Source: a virus (lineage: Duplodnaviria > Caudoviricetes). From it: a stretch of DNA of 64,000 nucleotides. This document shows, in pieces, positions 19,888 through 28,658 of this stretch. The notes below the pieces were generated by a model that was not told the DNA's origin, ran no database searches, and saw only the letters and a program-made list of their open reading frames with translations. A program made the translations under genes and the position numbers. The stretch lies in the IMG/VR virus record IMGVR_UViG_3300021375_000006; one strand, given 5' to 3'. The stretch's first letter is position 1. Every line of letters begins with the position of its first letter.

Positions 19888-19914
19888 AAAAAAAGCTGCT
19901 CAGAGGCAGCCTTT
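19888..19914 (-). terminator. Rho-independent terminator after 19937..20686
   Basis: Minus strand GCTGC-CTCTGA-GCAGC followed by T7. Confidence 0.75.
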
Positions 19915-19936
19915 AATGTTTTATAGTTAGTTAGAG

Positions 19937-20686
19937 TTACTTAGTCAGGATCCAGCCAATAGCCACATCACCAATAGTCTCTTCAATGTCTGCACTATTT
20001 TCCCAGAATTTTGGATCTGCTATACCATGACGAGTACCTGCTAAATACGTAATCACATATACTGGATATGAGCCGTCTTTAACTAATTCCCATTTATATT
20101 CTTTTTTATAGTCAAGATCTTCTAATTCTTCACCAATTTCTTCAAAAGAATCTGCTTTCTTTACTGCCTTCTTTAAGGCTTTGAGCATTTTCGTAGTCTC
20201 TACGATTGTAGAATACTCATTTACAAATGATTCGAATGTTGGTACGTATTTCATAGTTGTTTGCTTACCTTCATAGACTTCACCGTTTTCCCATATCCAT
20301 AATTCAGTACCATTACCTTCAGTTGCACTTGACATATAAACTGAACCCATGCCACCTTTTAGTTTAACTGGGAAACATGCGCCGGCAGAATCATAACCTT
20401 CTTCTTCTACCCAACGTTTAGCCTCTTCATCATCAACAAAATTACCATCAGCATCGGGCATACCACCTTCTCTATAAAGTACAAAACAATCTTTTGCATT
20501 GATTGTACCTGAGTATAACCACTGATCGCCGTAGTCATCGTCTTCCTCTTTAGGTATTTCTGTATCTCCGAATGAGAAATGAGGAGCTAACTCCATTGCT
20601 TTCTCTTGAGCTTTTCTTTTATTGTTGAATGCGAACATTTCCATTGTGTCGCCATCCTTTTCTGCTATCCAAAATATCTTTGCCAT
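19937..20686 (-). CDS. Acidic hypothetical protein, candidate internal head protein
   Basis: Intact ORF with an internal MKYVPTFESFVNE motif. Confidence 0.6.
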   Translation of the reverse strand: MAKIFWIAEKDGDTMEMFAFNNKRKAQEKAMELAPHFSFGDTEIPKEEDDDYGDQWLYSGTINAKDCFVLYREGGMPDADGNFVDDEEAKRWVEEEGYDSAGACFPVKLKGGMGSVYMSSATEGNGTELWIWENGEVYEGKQTTMKYVPTFESFVNEYSTIVETTKMLKALKKAVKKADSFEEIGEELEDLDYKKEYKWELVKDGSYPVYVITYLAGTRHGIADPKFWENSADIEETIGDVAIGWILTK

Positions 20687-20702
20687 AATTTATATATTGT
20701 TG

Positions 20703-21569
20703 TTACCAACTTGCGGCCCAAACGAATTCGAAGCCATGTTTTTTACAGAAAGGCTCGATTAGATCTGAGATCTTAGCCTGAGCGTTTTCATATTTAGTAT
20801 ATTCTTTTGAAGACATCATTTTATCTGCTGAGTCACCGTACTCATCTGGGTGTCTTAATTCTCTTGGCTCATCTGTCTTGTAATAGACTGCTTTATCACC
20901 CATACTAAGTCTAGGAGATCTAAGTTCAATCCATCTACTAACTTTTCTTGCGTTCTCTTTTGCAATGTTATATTGCTTCATGATTTTTGGCTCTAGTTTA
21001 GCCCACTCTTTTTTAATTTTATCCTGTGCTTTAAATTCAGCTAGGGCAGTCTTTACATCGAATGGTTTACCATGTACTCTCTCGAAGTCATTAAATACAC
21101 CAACAATATCTTCCATAAATTTATCGAATTGAGAGATCGACTGATATGAACCGTGAATTGTGCCCATACCAAACTCTCTTTCTGGCGTACCTGGATCGGA
21201 TGGCTTAATAGTACCATTAAACATTGTTGCAAATGAGTAATTAGGCTGTCTTGTAGAGTTTGCAGAGCTAAACTTAAAAATAGTTTGATTGTAAGATTTA
21301 CCACCTAGTTCAATCGTCACCGTTAGATTACCACCATAATTCCAGGCTGATCTATAAACTGTTGCTTTCATCGACTTAGCGATGTTAGGGATATTAGCTC
21401 TTAAGTATTCTGCTAATTTAATACCTTTACCGAAGTTATAGCTGCCTTGGTAGGCTTTCTTACCTTCTGCTGATTTCTTAGCAATCTTAATAAATTGTCT
21501 TAGAGTATAAGGTTCGCCCTGGTTAAATAGGGGCTCTCTTGTTATTTCGTCGTATAGTAATTCAGCCAT
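20703..21569 (-). CDS. Hypothetical protein
   Basis: Intact 288-aa ORF in a tightly packed operon. Confidence 0.6.
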   Translation of the reverse strand: MAELLYDEITREPLFNQGEPYTLRQFIKIAKKSAEGKKAYQGSYNFGKGIKLAEYLRANIPNIAKSMKATVYRSAWNYGGNLTVTIELGGKSYNQTIFKFSSANSTRQPNYSFATMFNGTIKPSDPGTPEREFGMGTIHGSYQSISQFDKFMEDIVGVFNDFERVHGKPFDVKTALAEFKAQDKIKKEWAKLEPKIMKQYNIAKENARKVSRWIELRSPRLSMGDKAVYYKTDEPRELRHPDEYGDSADKMMSSKEYTKYENAQAKISDLIEPFCKKHGFEFVWAASW

Positions 21570-21575
21570 TGCTTA

Positions 21576-21902
21576 TTATTTATTTAATAATTTTAGTATG
21601 TAATCCATGTTAAGATAGAAAGAATAACCAGCACCTTGATAACTATGGTCCTGTTCAACAGTAAAGCTTTGTCTATATTTCTTTAAGATTCTATTAATAG
21701 TATCTTCAATATCTTTACCAATTGCACTAGGATCACCTATTTCTATTTCTTTATCATTGTCTTTGCCAGTAGAAGCCATGGCTAGAAAGCCACCTTGTCC
21801 ATATCTATAGGAAAGTCTATAGTTAATAACTTTATCGTTAGTAACTACTTGGAAATTCTTCTCGTTTAAAAACTGTTCGAATAATTTTGCTTTAATACCC
21901 AT
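21576..21902 (-). CDS. Hypothetical protein with a capsid-targeting-like N-terminus
   Basis: MGIKAKLFEQFLNE-K. Confidence 0.6.
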   Translation of the reverse strand: MGIKAKLFEQFLNEKNFQVVTNDKVINYRLSYRYGQGGFLAMASTGKDNDKEIEIGDPSAIGKDIEDTINRILKKYRQSFTVEQDHSYQGAGYSFYLNMDYILKLLNK

Positions 21903-22069
21903 TATTTTGATAATACATTTTTACTTAATATTAATGGAGATTTATCTGGTCCAGTTGTAATGTAATAACAAACTTCTCCTTCTGTTATTAATATAGGTTT
22001 ATCCTTAAATGTTTTAGAATAATGCTCTAATACATAAGCCTTTAGGGATTCTACCAGTTTATCTTCCAT
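21902..22069 (-). CDS. Small 55-aa protein missing from the ORF track
   Basis: MEDKLVESLKAYVLEHYSKTFKDKPILITEGEVCYYITTGPDKSPLILSKNVLSK. Fills the gap exactly, with TAATG overlaps at both ends. Confidence 0.6.
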   Translation of the reverse strand: MEDKLVESLKAYVLEHYSKTFKDKPILITEGEVCYYITTGPDKSPLILSKNVLSK

Positions 22070-23532
22070 TATGCTTTCTTCAATTTTTTATCGTGTCCGC
22101 CATCTCTAACCTCTTTTGCAAGATCTTTATCAGCGTTACCCCAAGTACCTTCACCTTTTGTTAAGAATGCATTTACTCTTGCATAACCCCATTGTTGTTG
22201 ATTAGCACCTGGTCTGTGACCTGATTTCCATGCTGCTAGACCTCTTCTCATTACCGCTCTGATAATTCCAATTGGTACACCAGTATCTTCTGCTTTCTTC
22301 TTTAGTGCAGTTTCAATTTTATCATCATCTAGAGGACCTCTATCTGTTGATTTTTGTTCTGTATCATCAGCTTCATGAACTGGGTTTTCAGGAGTAACTG
22401 TTTCGTCTACGATTTCAACTGGCTCTAGGAAAGTACCAATTCTATCATCATAAGACATAACAAACTTCTCACCAGAATCAGTAACATGTTTGTTGAATTT
22501 CTTAATCTTCTTCCAGTCTTTGTTGGTCATCTTCTGAGTTTCTACTACACCATCGTCGCCATCTACAACGTCATAGAGCGTATTTAAGTAGTCCTCTGCC
22601 TTAACTATTTTACCATACATCCAAGCATCTAACCCTTTACCAGCGGCCATTCTATCGCGTAACATGGTAGCATAGTCAATGATTCTCTCTAATTGTGCAA
22701 AAGCCATTTGATCTTGTTGCTCATTAGCTTCTACAATCTCTTCATTGAAGTCTCCGTCATGTGCTAATTTACCTTTAAATCTTTTTAAGGCATCTTCAAT
22801 CTTTTTAACATCTTGTAAATCTAGAGTAACCATTTCCATACCAGCATTATCTGCTACTTGAAGTGCTGGATAATAACTGAATTGTTTTGGTAGTTTACCT
22901 AATTTAAGTTTAGTTTTTAAATACTTTAGGGCTTGTTCTAATCTCTCTTGAGTAAACGGAACACCTTGCATATAGAATAAGCCAGTGCGGCCATCATATC
23001 CCATTGCCATTTCATTTACTTTAGACTCTTCAATAGTATCATCATATAGAGATGATGCCCATTCTTCACTGTCCTTGCTCTTTTTAATCTTAGCACCATA
23101 CTCTTTAAAGAACTTCTTAAGAAAGTCTTCTTTAGATTTTGCTTCACCAGCCATTTGATGAATATCTGACATAGTACCTTCGTCTAGTGCTTCGCTATAT
23201 AGTTTATTGTAGGCTTTAGTGGCTTTAGAAGTTTTTACTTCACCTTTCTCTCTTGCCTCTTCATCACCAGGCATTTCTTTGTAAGCATCTGGATCATCAT
23301 CGTCCATTTTAGCCTGCTTCTTAATTTGATCTTCTTTATCCTCTACCTCATCATCTTCTAGACCTCTGTGATATGGATCCGGGCCTGGTTTTTTATCAGC
23401 TTCATCTATACCTCTACCGTAATGAGAAATATATTCTTCACGAGTCATACCTAATCTTTCTGCGTGAAACTGAATAAAGTCAACGAAGTTGTCCTGCCCA
23501 TTCCAATGTATTGAACCATCTACTATTCCCAT
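22069..23532 (-). CDS. Acidic multi-segment protein with a C-terminal DUF5824-like domain; candidate head protein
   Basis: C-terminal LKKKAEDTG...RRGLAAWKSGHRPGANQQQWGYARVNAFL (domain name recalled, unverified). Many (L/I/V)-x-E sites. Confidence 0.6.
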   Translation of the reverse strand: MGIVDGSIHWNGQDNFVDFIQFHAERLGMTREEYISHYGRGIDEADKKPGPDPYHRGLEDDEVEDKEDQIKKQAKMDDDDPDAYKEMPGDEEAREKGEVKTSKATKAYNKLYSEALDEGTMSDIHQMAGEAKSKEDFLKKFFKEYGAKIKKSKDSEEWASSLYDDTIEESKVNEMAMGYDGRTGLFYMQGVPFTQERLEQALKYLKTKLKLGKLPKQFSYYPALQVADNAGMEMVTLDLQDVKKIEDALKRFKGKLAHDGDFNEEIVEANEQQDQMAFAQLERIIDYATMLRDRMAAGKGLDAWMYGKIVKAEDYLNTLYDVVDGDDGVVETQKMTNKDWKKIKKFNKHVTDSGEKFVMSYDDRIGTFLEPVEIVDETVTPENPVHEADDTEQKSTDRGPLDDDKIETALKKKAEDTGVPIGIIRAVMRRGLAAWKSGHRPGANQQQWGYARVNAFLTKGEGTWGNADKDLAKEVRDGGHDKKLKKA

Positions 23533-23534
23533 AA

Positions 23535-24119
23535 TTACCTTAGTTTTAATTTTGCTTTTTTGAAAGCATCTTTAACTTGTAACATTAACTTATGTTCGTA
23601 ACCTGGACCTCTAAAATCACCACCGATTTCGTATGCTTCTTCTTTTAGTTCATTTGCTAATGCTAGAGCTTTATCATAGAATTCTTGCTCTGCAATATCC
23701 ATTCTACCATCTTCATCATCAGAGATTGTACCATCTGCATTAGCTTCATTTAGGCTGTTGAATTCTTCTAGCTTGTTAGCCTCATCTAAGTTCTCTTTGA
23801 TTTCATTATAGAAACCATCATACTCAGCTTCAATATCCTCGCCGTACACTTTTTGCCAGATTTCAGCAACATCCTTTTTAGTAACCTTGTTCTTGTATTT
23901 ACCAGTTACTTCTTGGTAGAAACCTTGGTATTCATCTTCCATGTCTTCACCATACACGAATTCCCATGCTTTAGCTAGGTCTTTGAATTTATACTTCTTT
24001 GCTTCTTCTAACGATTCGTATGCTGATTTATTGCCACCGCAACCACAGTTACCGCCACATTGGCAAGGATCTTTCTTAGTCTGCTCGAATTCCTCAAGCA
24101 TTGGTAATTTATTAGCCAT
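23535..24119 (-). CDS. Acidic hypothetical protein with an internal tandem duplication
   Basis: Two copies of K.KD.A..W..VYGED.E.EY.GFY.E. Confidence 0.6.
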   Translation of the reverse strand: MANKLPMLEEFEQTKKDPCQCGGNCGCGGNKSAYESLEEAKKYKFKDLAKAWEFVYGEDMEDEYQGFYQEVTGKYKNKVTKKDVAEIWQKVYGEDIEAEYDGFYNEIKENLDEANKLEEFNSLNEANADGTISDDEDGRMDIAEQEFYDKALALANELKEEAYEIGGDFRGPGYEHKLMLQVKDAFKKAKLKLR

Positions 24120-24155
24120 GATATACTTTTATGTTTGTTATTATTATAGTATATA

Positions 24156-24743
24156 TCAATCTAAAAATAACTCTTTGAGATTATGTCTTTCAATGATTTC
24201 TATAAGAGCCTTATCATAATTTTTAGCCTCAGCATAGTTTTTATCTAAATAGTTTAAATACTTCTTTTCAGTACGTAATTTATTTAGATATGCAGCTTGG
24301 TAAAGTGCATAATCCGTTACTGATTCTTTCCAATCATCATAGAATGCATGTCCTAGTTGAGTACCATTTGCTGTAGTAGCTCTGGCTCTAGCCTGCTTCA
24401 TACCAAATAGGTTATGGTTTTCTTGATAGATTCTACTTTCCCAATATCCAGTCTCTAAGATGGATTGAGCTAATACAATATGTGGAAATCTAATATTAAG
24501 TTTTTTGATTTCTTCAACAAGAGCCTCTTGTGAGAATATATCTTCAGGCGAGTCTAAGACAAGTAACTCTGTTTCTATTGGTTCATTTAGGGCTTCTTTA
24601 AAGCCATCTTCATGTGCATTAGAAACCATTGAGGTTAGGGCTATATAGCCGATTACAGCTATTCCAATTAAACTAAGATAGTGTTTTCTTTGTGGAACCA
24701 CTTTTCGATATGAAAGAGATTCTTTACAATAGGTGTATAACAT
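24156..24743 (-). CDS. Glucosaminidase (GH73-like peptidoglycan hydrolase) with a membrane anchor
   Basis: FPHIVLAQSILETG and NHNLFGMK motifs, plus an N-terminal hydrophobic helix. Confidence 0.75.
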   Translation of the reverse strand: MLYTYCKESLSYRKVVPQRKHYLSLIGIAVIGYIALTSMVSNAHEDGFKEALNEPIETELLVLDSPEDIFSQEALVEEIKKLNIRFPHIVLAQSILETGYWESRIYQENHNLFGMKQARARATTANGTQLGHAFYDDWKESVTDYALYQAAYLNKLRTEKKYLNYLDKNYAEAKNYDKALIEIIERHNLKELFLD

Positions 24744-24760
24744 AATAGATTGTTTTATTA

Positions 24761-24807
24761 CAGTACTAATATAACAAAAAAAAGTGACATAAAAAAATAA
24801 AATGGCA
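24761..24807 (-). promoter_or_regulatory. Conserved promoter-like element, copy 1 (TGCC-N6-T7-ATGTCA-N11-TATATTAGTACT)
   Basis: Identical spacing at 24761, 50320 and 58294, each just upstream of a minus-strand ATG. Confidence 0.7.
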
Positions 24808-24847
24808 CTTTTTTTGTAAAAACTTTGTACTGAACCCCCAGTATATG

Positions 24848-25255
24848 CTAAAATTTATCCGAAAGAAGATCTTCTATATCTTCATGGATTTCATCTGCAG
24901 TCACATCAAGTTCTAACATGATGTTTGCTTTGTATACCAATTCCTTCATACCGTTATTAAATACAACGATTGTAGGTACTGATCTTACTTTATATTTCTT
25001 TCTAAGCTCTGGATATTTTTCAATATCTACTCTGTAATATTCTCCGTCTTTAATCTCTTGCCAACCATCAAATGGCTCAACAAAAGAGGCTACAAATTCT
25101 ACAATTACTACACCTGTATTAATTGCTTGATTAAATGAATCTGCAGTTAAATATTTAGGTTCTACATCTGAACTATCATTATTAGTAGGAGTAGCAAAGG
25201 TTGCCATGCCCATAATAGTAAAAGCTAAAAGTAGTATGCTTAATGTCTTTTTCAT
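24848..25255 (-). CDS. Secreted thioredoxin-fold protein lacking CxxC
   Basis: Signal peptide. VIVEFVASF replaces VVDFWAxWC; KYKVRSVPTIVVF is retained. Confidence 0.6.
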   Translation of the reverse strand: MKKTLSILLLAFTIMGMATFATPTNNDSSDVEPKYLTADSFNQAINTGVVIVEFVASFVEPFDGWQEIKDGEYYRVDIEKYPELRKKYKVRSVPTIVVFNNGMKELVYKANIMLELDVTADEIHEDIEDLLSDKF

Positions 25256-25260
25256 AAATC

Positions 25261-26418
25261 TTATCTAAATTGATAGTTCAATCCAGCTTTTGCTGAATAA
25301 ACTTTTCTATCCCAGAATTTCTGGTAGTTACCTTCAATATAAACCCCTAAATTCTTGCTAAGCTTCCAGCCAGTTACTAAACCAACTTGGTAGTCTGTCC
25401 ACTGTGCTTTAGGATCTCCATCTCCAATCCATCTAGCATATCCAAAATCATCATCACCAAATAATTGAGTATGGTATGGAAGTACTGAAGCTGAGAAATG
25501 TACCCAGTTGTTTCTTTCATAGTGATAGAAGTCTAAACCAATTACCGCTGATAAAGTACCTTGATCGTCAATTAGTGCTAATTGTTCTCTATTGTAAGGA
25601 CCTACAACTAGGGGACCAAATCTATTAGCTCTAAAGTCTTGGTCTGTATCTGCAACTCTCTGGCCGTTTGGTGCTGTCCAGTAATAGTCGATTAAGTCTG
25701 TTTCACCATCAAAATCTAAATCAATACCATAAGCATTATCTTGGAAACCATACTCGTATGCTAGTTCCCACCATTGTCTTAGTCTTTCATTACCGAATTC
25801 ATCGATAAATGGAGTTTCTAAGTAATCTCTAATTGGCTCATAACCATAAGGTCTATGGCTTCTTGCTACAGCACCGATTGTAAGATTTAATTTCTTACCG
25901 ATTGGTTTTCTCCATCTTAGGTCAACTGAGTTATATTCTAGGTCAACAAAACCATCGTTTTTAGATTCTAACTTAGCAACCCAATTCTTACCTAAATATC
26001 TTAAGTAAAGGTCTTGGTTTGTAAATTCATTACCGAACTGTCTGTTCCATGTATACTCGAATTTATATTCCCAACCAGATACAGCACCTACAGTTGTATA
26101 AAAACCTTGTTGTTGTTCTTTTCCATCATAGAATACTCCTGGCTTTCTTTCATAATCAAATCTAGCTACCTTTCTAATACCTAAACCGTATGAATAGTTA
26201 GCTTTTCTTTCTGGAGTTACATCGATAACTGCGTTATCTTGGTCTACATAGTAGAATCTCTCTGATGATTGTAGTGGTTGACTAACTTGTCCTACACCAT
26301 AGAAAGTAGAGTATTTAAAGAACTGACCTATATCGATTAATTTCTTTTTAGGTTGTTCTTGAGCTTCCGCAACTTGAAATGTTACCAAAGCTAGTATTAG
26401 TAGTAAAAACTTTTTCAT
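25261..26418 (-). CDS. Probable outer-membrane beta-barrel protein
   Basis: Signal peptide, alternating aromatic strands, C-terminal AGLNYQFR. Confidence 0.55.
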   Translation of the reverse strand: MKKFLLLILALVTFQVAEAQEQPKKKLIDIGQFFKYSTFYGVGQVSQPLQSSERFYYVDQDNAVIDVTPERKANYSYGLGIRKVARFDYERKPGVFYDGKEQQQGFYTTVGAVSGWEYKFEYTWNRQFGNEFTNQDLYLRYLGKNWVAKLESKNDGFVDLEYNSVDLRWRKPIGKKLNLTIGAVARSHRPYGYEPIRDYLETPFIDEFGNERLRQWWELAYEYGFQDNAYGIDLDFDGETDLIDYYWTAPNGQRVADTDQDFRANRFGPLVVGPYNREQLALIDDQGTLSAVIGLDFYHYERNNWVHFSASVLPYHTQLFGDDDFGYARWIGDGDPKAQWTDYQVGLVTGWKLSKNLGVYIEGNYQKFWDRKVYSAKAGLNYQFR

Positions 26419-26421
26419 ATA

Positions 26422-26715
26422 TTATCTATTGTATAATTTATCCTCGATTCTATCAAGTGATTCCTTGATGTCATCGACGTCGTCCTGTGTATCTAAGATA
26501 GTCTGGCGCACCAATTCATCTTTTAGTTCGTACTCAGTTCTGGATATGTTTGGTCTTGGTAGTTCCTTTGCTTCCTCAATTTCAGTACGCAATTCATTTA
26601 TTTGTGCCTGTTGAGCGAACCAAAAAGATACCACAGTAGTAATAGCGATTGCTATACCTACTAGTGTTTTAATTGAAATTTTGAAACCGTAATCTTCGTT
26701 AAGTTCCTTTGCCAT
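26422..26715 (-). CDS. Single-TM coiled-coil protein
   Basis: LVGIAIAITTVVSFWF followed by a coiled coil. Confidence 0.5.
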   Translation of the reverse strand: MAKELNEDYGFKISIKTLVGIAIAITTVVSFWFAQQAQINELRTEIEEAKELPRPNISRTEYELKDELVRQTILDTQDDVDDIKESLDRIEDKLYNR

Positions 26716-26733
26716 TATAGTAAACCTTCTTTT

Positions 26734-26958
26734 TTAGAAGATAAAATCAAATGTCTGCTTCAGTTCCTTTGCATCTTTACTTTCTGGTTCTACATCGAAC
26801 TCAGTATATAGATGTTGATAAATGGCATCCCAATTATCATCGTCGGCTAGACTATCTAATTCTTTCTTGTTTTTCTTTATATATTTCTTAATGTCGGACT
26901 CAATGCCTTCATTAAGATGTTTAAACTCTGTTAGAGTTACAATCTTTTTATTTCTCAT
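26734..26958 (-). CDS. Small protein with a capsid-targeting-like N-terminus
   Basis: MRNKKIVTLTEFKHLNE-G. Confidence 0.55.
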   Translation of the reverse strand: MRNKKIVTLTEFKHLNEGIESDIKKYIKKNKKELDSLADDDNWDAIYQHLYTEFDVEPESKDAKELKQTFDFIF

Positions 26959-27787
26959 CTTTTTGCTCTAGGATTTTTTCAACATCTAATTCTAAGTATG
27001 CTAAATCCTCAGCTTCTTCTAAAGATAATTGTAGGTTTCTATCTTTACCTGCAACTGCATCATCCAATTCTTTTTCTAAGTCAGCTTTTTGTTTATTAAG
27101 CTCTCTTAGTTTTTGCATTAGTTCTTCTTTTCTATCACCTTCCGCGTCTTTCCATTCTTTAACAGTAGTAGACATAGCTAGTACTGTAGCTGCATGGTCT
27201 TTTGAGATCTTATTAATAGATCTGCCTTCATTAAGACCTAATGATTCTTTTAGAGACTCCCAAGTTAATTTTGGCTTCTCTGACTCATAGTATTCATCTT
27301 CATAATCGTCATACTCAGGCTCTTGATACCATGATTGATTTGGATCTGACTCTGCTTCTTTAGTGAAATCATGTCTCTTCCAATTGTATTTTCCATCAGC
27401 AACTAAAGCTGGGAAGAGGACTTTCTTCCCTTTATCTTTAGTCTTTAATTTTTTGAAAGCTAGGCTAATGCCTATGTCTCTCATCTCTTTGCCATAACTC
27501 ATAGCCTTTGAGACTTTTTTGTCTTCCAAGTCTTCTTCTGAATACCCATTCATTTTGGCTAATAACTCATAGTAATCCATGCCACCGAATACACCGTAGC
27601 CTTGATAATGTTTCTCATACCAAGAGTTGCCTTGATTGTCATACATCCATACATCAATAGTATTCTCACGCTCAGATCCAATTTGTTGATCTGTATCGTA
27701 AGTAAACCATGAGAATTGACCTTCGTTTAAAACTTTAGGGTTGTATGGATTAAATGTCTTCTTAGTTAAGTTTACGTAATTAGCCAT
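26948..27787 (-). CDS. Hypothetical phage protein, candidate head protein
   Basis: KVLNE-G near the N-terminus and a second GLNE-G internally. YQGYGVFGGMDYYELLA block. Confidence 0.6.
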   Translation of the reverse strand: MANYVNLTKKTFNPYNPKVLNEGQFSWFTYDTDQQIGSERENTIDVWMYDNQGNSWYEKHYQGYGVFGGMDYYELLAKMNGYSEEDLEDKKVSKAMSYGKEMRDIGISLAFKKLKTKDKGKKVLFPALVADGKYNWKRHDFTKEAESDPNQSWYQEPEYDDYEDEYYESEKPKLTWESLKESLGLNEGRSINKISKDHAATVLAMSTTVKEWKDAEGDRKEELMQKLRELNKQKADLEKELDDAVAGKDRNLQLSLEEAEDLAYLELDVEKILEQKDEK

Positions 27788-27796
27788 AATATAGGT

Positions 27797-28198
27797 TTAT
27801 TTTTTAGGTGATTTTCTTTTCTTTACACCACTACCAGATCCAGATCCAGAAGATACTTTAGTACCCTTCCCTTTTGAAGATCCTTTTGTTGCCTTACCTT
27901 TACCTTTTCCAGAACCAGAAGACTTAGCTGTCTTTTTTCTACCTCTAGAGTTAGTTTTGCCGGCTGCTGCTTCAAACACGTCTTCCGCTTGGTCAACAAG
28001 TTCTTTAGCTGCTTTCTTAACGTCTGCTAATTCTGCTTTTACATTCTTAGCTCTACGCTTTACTTCTTTTGCGACGTCTTCAACGTCATCTGCGATTAAA
28101 TCGCCATCAGCATCTTCGATTTTGCCAGTCTTAATGGCATAGAAATAAACGCCTGCTGCGACGACGAGTAGTCCTAGAATAATTAAAAATGTAGTCAT
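27797..28198 (-). CDS. Membrane-anchored protein with a Lys/Gly/Ser-rich basic tail
   Basis: N-terminal TM helix and a KGKGKATKG...KKRKSPKK tail. Confidence 0.55.
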   Translation of the reverse strand: MTTFLIILGLLVVAAGVYFYAIKTGKIEDADGDLIADDVEDVAKEVKRRAKNVKAELADVKKAAKELVDQAEDVFEAAAGKTNSRGRKKTAKSSGSGKGKGKATKGSSKGKGTKVSSGSGSGSGVKKRKSPKK

Positions 28199-28259
28199 TA
28201 TATAGTTGTTTTTAAATGATTAATACATTATATTTATCTTTCCAATTTTGTTTAAAAGA

Positions 28260-28285
28260 AAAGAGCACTATTTCTAGTGCTCTTT
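28260..28285 (-). terminator. Rho-independent terminator
   Basis: AAAGAGCACTA-GAAA-TAGTGCTCTTT followed by TCTTTT on the minus strand. Confidence 0.8.
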
Positions 28286-28293
28286 AACTGCTT

Positions 28294-28491
28294 TTAAGCT
28301 GGACCTCCGACTCCGAAATAAACCCAAATTGCGTGATCGTCTGCAACGTTTCCGACATCGTCTACATGTTTTTGGTCGTTGAACCAATCATTTAATGTAT
28401 TGACATCTTGTGATTCGTTTAAGGATTGACTTTTGCTTTTTGGCTCGATCTCAGAAGGATTGACAGCTTCTGGATTGAGTTGTTTAGCCAT
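28294..28491 (-). CDS. Small hypothetical protein, monocistronic
   Basis: Own GATATATA motif upstream and a terminator downstream. Contains SLNE-S. Confidence 0.5.
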   Translation of the reverse strand: MAKQLNPEAVNPSEIEPKSKSQSLNESQDVNTLNDWFNDQKHVDDVGNVADDHAIWVYFGVGGPA

Positions 28492-28604
28492 GACCTTAAA
28501 GTTTATTTAATGTTTGAGATATACTCTCATATTATATATCATCTAGACTACAAAAAGTTTATCAAAAAAACCATTTTTTTAAAAATTTAATTTTCTGATA
28601 ACAT

Positions 28605-28636
28605 AAAAAAGCCCAACTCTTTAGAATTGGGCTTTT
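28605..28636 (-). terminator. Rho-independent terminator after 28659..30023
   Basis: AAAAGCCCAATTCTAAAGAGTTGGGCTTTTTT on the minus strand. Confidence 0.75.
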
Positions 28637-28658
28637 AGAATCGGAGTTTTGATACTTT

